A stretch of DNA of 57,600 bases from a virus. Its lineage: Duplodnaviria > Caudoviricetes. The stretch covers positions 1 through 57,600 of IMG/VR virus record IMGVR_UViG_3300044490_000059; one strand, 5' to 3'. Positions 55,495 to 57,600 of the stretch are shown in pieces. The position numbers and the translations under genes are program-made. Below the pieces are notes generated by a model. The model had not been told where the DNA came from. It saw only the letters and a list, made by a program, of their open reading frames with translations, and made no database searches. Every line of letters starts with the position of its first letter. Positions within the stretch are counted from its first letter, which is position 1.

Positions 55495-56688
55495 ATGGCA
55501 GGCGAGATCACGATTCAACAACTCTTCCAGACCCCCACGATCACGAAGGTCATTTCGCAGATCGGGTCTCCCCTTTCCTTGCTCCAACGCTTCTATGGCG
55601 TGGGTCCCGGCAAAGGGGTGACACAGAGCATGTCCGGTCGCTATGTCGGCTGGGACCTGTTCAATGCCACGCGCAGTGTCGCCAAGGGCCGTCCTCCGGC
55701 TACCGGCCCGGCGACCGTCAGCCGCAAGCCCATTGGGCACAATATGGCCCAGGTCTATCGGATGCACGAGAAGACGCTCATCAATCAGGAGGAGGTCTTC
55801 CGTACCCGTCCGTTGGGAGCTGCCATCGGCACCGTGGACTTGCGCGGTCAGCAGTATGTGCGTCGGCAACTGGAGTTCCTGACCCAGCGCTTTACCAACG
55901 CCCGGGAGTTCATGGTCTCCCGCATGTTCCGGGGCGGCTGGAGTGTGAGCATCGAGGGTGAGGATTGGGTGCCGGGCGAGATGTCTCAATCTGGCTATGC
56001 CTTCAACGTGGACATGCAACTGCCGTCCACGCACAAGACCCAGCTGACTGCTGGCACCAGTGCCAACATCATCGAGGATTCCTGGGATGATCCCAGCGCC
56101 GATGTGATCGGCCAGCTGTTGACCCTGGACATGGCTGCCGAGCGGGAGAACGGTCGTCCCATCCGGCACATCTGGATCAACGGCAACACGTTCAAGTACC
56201 TGTTGGACAACACCGGCTTACAGTCCACGGGCGGCACGGCCTTCCGCATCTTCGAGTCCTTGCGAGCCCGTACAGCCACTGCCGAACTGAATGGGGAACG
56301 CTTCCCGGACACGGGCTTCGATGTGGTGTTCCGGGCGCTGCCGTTGCACACCTTCCACATTTACAACGGCGGCTTGACCCTGCCTGCTGCCGGGACTTCG
56401 GAGGTGGGTGAGGACCTGACCACGCAGCTCTCTGCCACCTACTTCAGCTTGTTCCTCCCGGACAACTACGCCATCCTGACCCCCGATCCCGGAAACTGGA
56501 TGGGCTGGATCGAGGGCAGCGAGATCGTGGCGGAAAACCTGCTGGACGAAGGCCGGGAAGCCTTTGGGTTCACCAGCTGGACAACCCGGGTGATTGACCC
56601 CCCGGGTTGGGAGCTGAAGGCCCTGGACAACGGGTTGCCGGTGCTGTACGAACCCCGCGCGATCTACTATGGCACCGTGATCTTCTGA
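55495..56688 (+). CDS. major capsid protein (lambda gpE-like)
   Basis: 397 aa; REFMVSRMF.G, WDDPSADVIGQL, GLPVLYEP; followed by a strong terminator. Confidence 0.8.
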   Translation: MAGEITIQQLFQTPTITKVISQIGSPLSLLQRFYGVGPGKGVTQSMSGRYVGWDLFNATRSVAKGRPPATGPATVSRKPIGHNMAQVYRMHEKTLINQEEVFRTRPLGAAIGTVDLRGQQYVRRQLEFLTQRFTNAREFMVSRMFRGGWSVSIEGEDWVPGEMSQSGYAFNVDMQLPSTHKTQLTAGTSANIIEDSWDDPSADVIGQLLTLDMAAERENGRPIRHIWINGNTFKYLLDNTGLQSTGGTAFRIFESLRARTATAELNGERFPDTGFDVVFRALPLHTFHIYNGGLTLPAAGTSEVGEDLTTQLSATYFSLFLPDNYAILTPDPGNWMGWIEGSEIVAENLLDEGREAFGFTSWTTRVIDPPGWELKALDNGLPVLYEPRAIYYGTVIF

Positions 56689-56723
56689 GAATTATTCCCA
56701 CACTATCTGTGGGGGAGACTAAG

Positions 56724-56751
56724 ACCCGGGGAGTCTTCCCCGGGTTTTTTT
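56724..56751 (+). terminator. intrinsic terminator
   Basis: ACCCGGGGA/TCCCCGGGT stem followed by a T-run. Confidence 0.85.
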
Positions 56752-56779
56752 ATGGAATTTTGCCCCTAGTGAGGATCTC

Positions 56780-57370
56780 ATGAACCCTAGACGAGCCGAC
56801 GCCTCTCGACACGACGCCGACCCGCCCCAAATGGAGAACGTAGCTGTGTTCAAGGGCACGGTGGATTGGGTGCTGCAAAAGGTTGACAAGCACGGAGTCG
56901 CTGTTGTGGGCTTGGTGGTCATTACGTCGATCTTGTGGTTCGGCTTCGTTGTGCCGCAGAACGCGGATCGCACGGCGGTGCGCACCGAACGTGAAACGCT
57001 GATGAAGTCGATGGTCACCACCAACGAGAACTTGAACAAGAATAATGATCGGATAGCTGAAGTCTTGGCCGAACTCAAATCGGCCTTTGATCGCTACAGT
57101 CAAGACACGCGGGATTCCGTGGAGGCTGGCTTTGAGGTAGTGCAGAGTAACGCCAACATCCTGGTGGGGGTGCAGCGTACTCATGAGCTTCAGACGCAGC
57201 AGTTAAATGAACTGAAAGATCTCAGCAAGACTACTAATACACTGATGGAGAACGCTTCGGTCATGATGGCCCCAGCCGGTCCTGATCGCAAGGAGATGAT
57301 CGCCCTCCTCAAAGAACTGACTGAGGAGAGTAAGCGTAAGTCTAGGAGTGGGTCGTCAGCCAATCCGTGA
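56780..57370 (+). CDS. membrane-anchored coiled-coil protein
   Basis: Single TM segment (GVAVVGLVVITSILWFGFVV) followed by a coiled coil. Confidence 0.6.
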   Translation: MNPRRADASRHDADPPQMENVAVFKGTVDWVLQKVDKHGVAVVGLVVITSILWFGFVVPQNADRTAVRTERETLMKSMVTTNENLNKNNDRIAEVLAELKSAFDRYSQDTRDSVEAGFEVVQSNANILVGVQRTHELQTQQLNELKDLSKTTNTLMENASVMMAPAGPDRKEMIALLKELTEESKRKSRSGSSANP

Positions 57371-57379
57371 GGCAGCAGC

Positions 57380-57600
57380 ATGAACTCTGGAGCACCATAC
57401 GCAGCCATCGTGGGCGCACCGTTCCTGGGGACCACCCACGGCGGTTACGTCCACCGTAACGCCACCTCCGGCTTGCAAGAGGTCAAGAAGTCAAACCTCG
57501 TGGCCACGACCGATCCGACGGTGGGCGATGATGTCGATGATGGCTACGCGGTGGGCTCGCAATGGGTCAACGCGAGTTCGGGCTCAGTCTTCACCTGCAC
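57380..57600 (+). CDS. 5' end of a fibre-like protein (partial)
   Basis: MNSGAPY...ATTDPTVGDDVDDGYAVGSQWVN...VFTC; open to the window end. Confidence 0.65.
   Translation, partial: MNSGAPYAAIVGAPFLGTTHGGYVHRNATSGLQEVKKSNLVATTDPTVGDDVDDGYAVGSQWVNASSGSVFTC

Noticed and set aside
4917-56705. TTTTCCCGCG motif as CRISPR type I-E repeat fragments
   Set aside because: Copies are dispersed, lack the palindromic second half and regular spacers, and no cas operon is present
1-57600. Eukaryotic virus origin suggested by NLS-like tags and GT71
   Set aside because: Shine-Dalgarno sites, sigma70 promoters, intrinsic terminators and tailed-phage structural genes indicate a bacterial host

Overview
The window looks like a nearly complete genome of a GC-rich tailed dsDNA phage (Caudoviricetes). 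Essentially all genes are on the + strand, and both window ends fall inside fibre-like genes. Recognisable modules are: (1) head genes (terminase large subunit, Mu-like prohead protease/scaffold, decoration proteins, major capsid protein, and a portal with a long C-terminal extension); (2) neck/tail genes, including a GGGAAAC -1 frameshift chaperone; (3) replication genes (resolvase-like nuclease, family 4 UDG, PD-(D/E)XK exonuclease, AAA_24 ATPase, acidic SSB-like protein, Pol A, primase-helicase); (4) a candidate lysis cassette (holin-like fusion plus papain-like peptidase); (5) accessory genes (ParB-DUF4417, histone-like basic proteins, DUF932, amidoligase + class II GATase, and several glycan-modifying enzymes). 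A captured secreted protein starting RKLQFECLEARLVLS points to a Planctomycetota host (inference). No integrase, repressor, tRNA or CRISPR array was recognised. The most notable observations are: a strand-polarised TTYCCRCNYTA motif in about 18 copies, mostly just after stop codons; recurrent x-x-M-S/A sites shared by the scaffold and the portal extension junction; a promoter/terminator-bounded antisense small RNA of about 70 nt; K/R-rich tags on most DNA-metabolism proteins; and a scrambled morphogenesis gene order. All assignments come from motif reading by eye; no database search was run.
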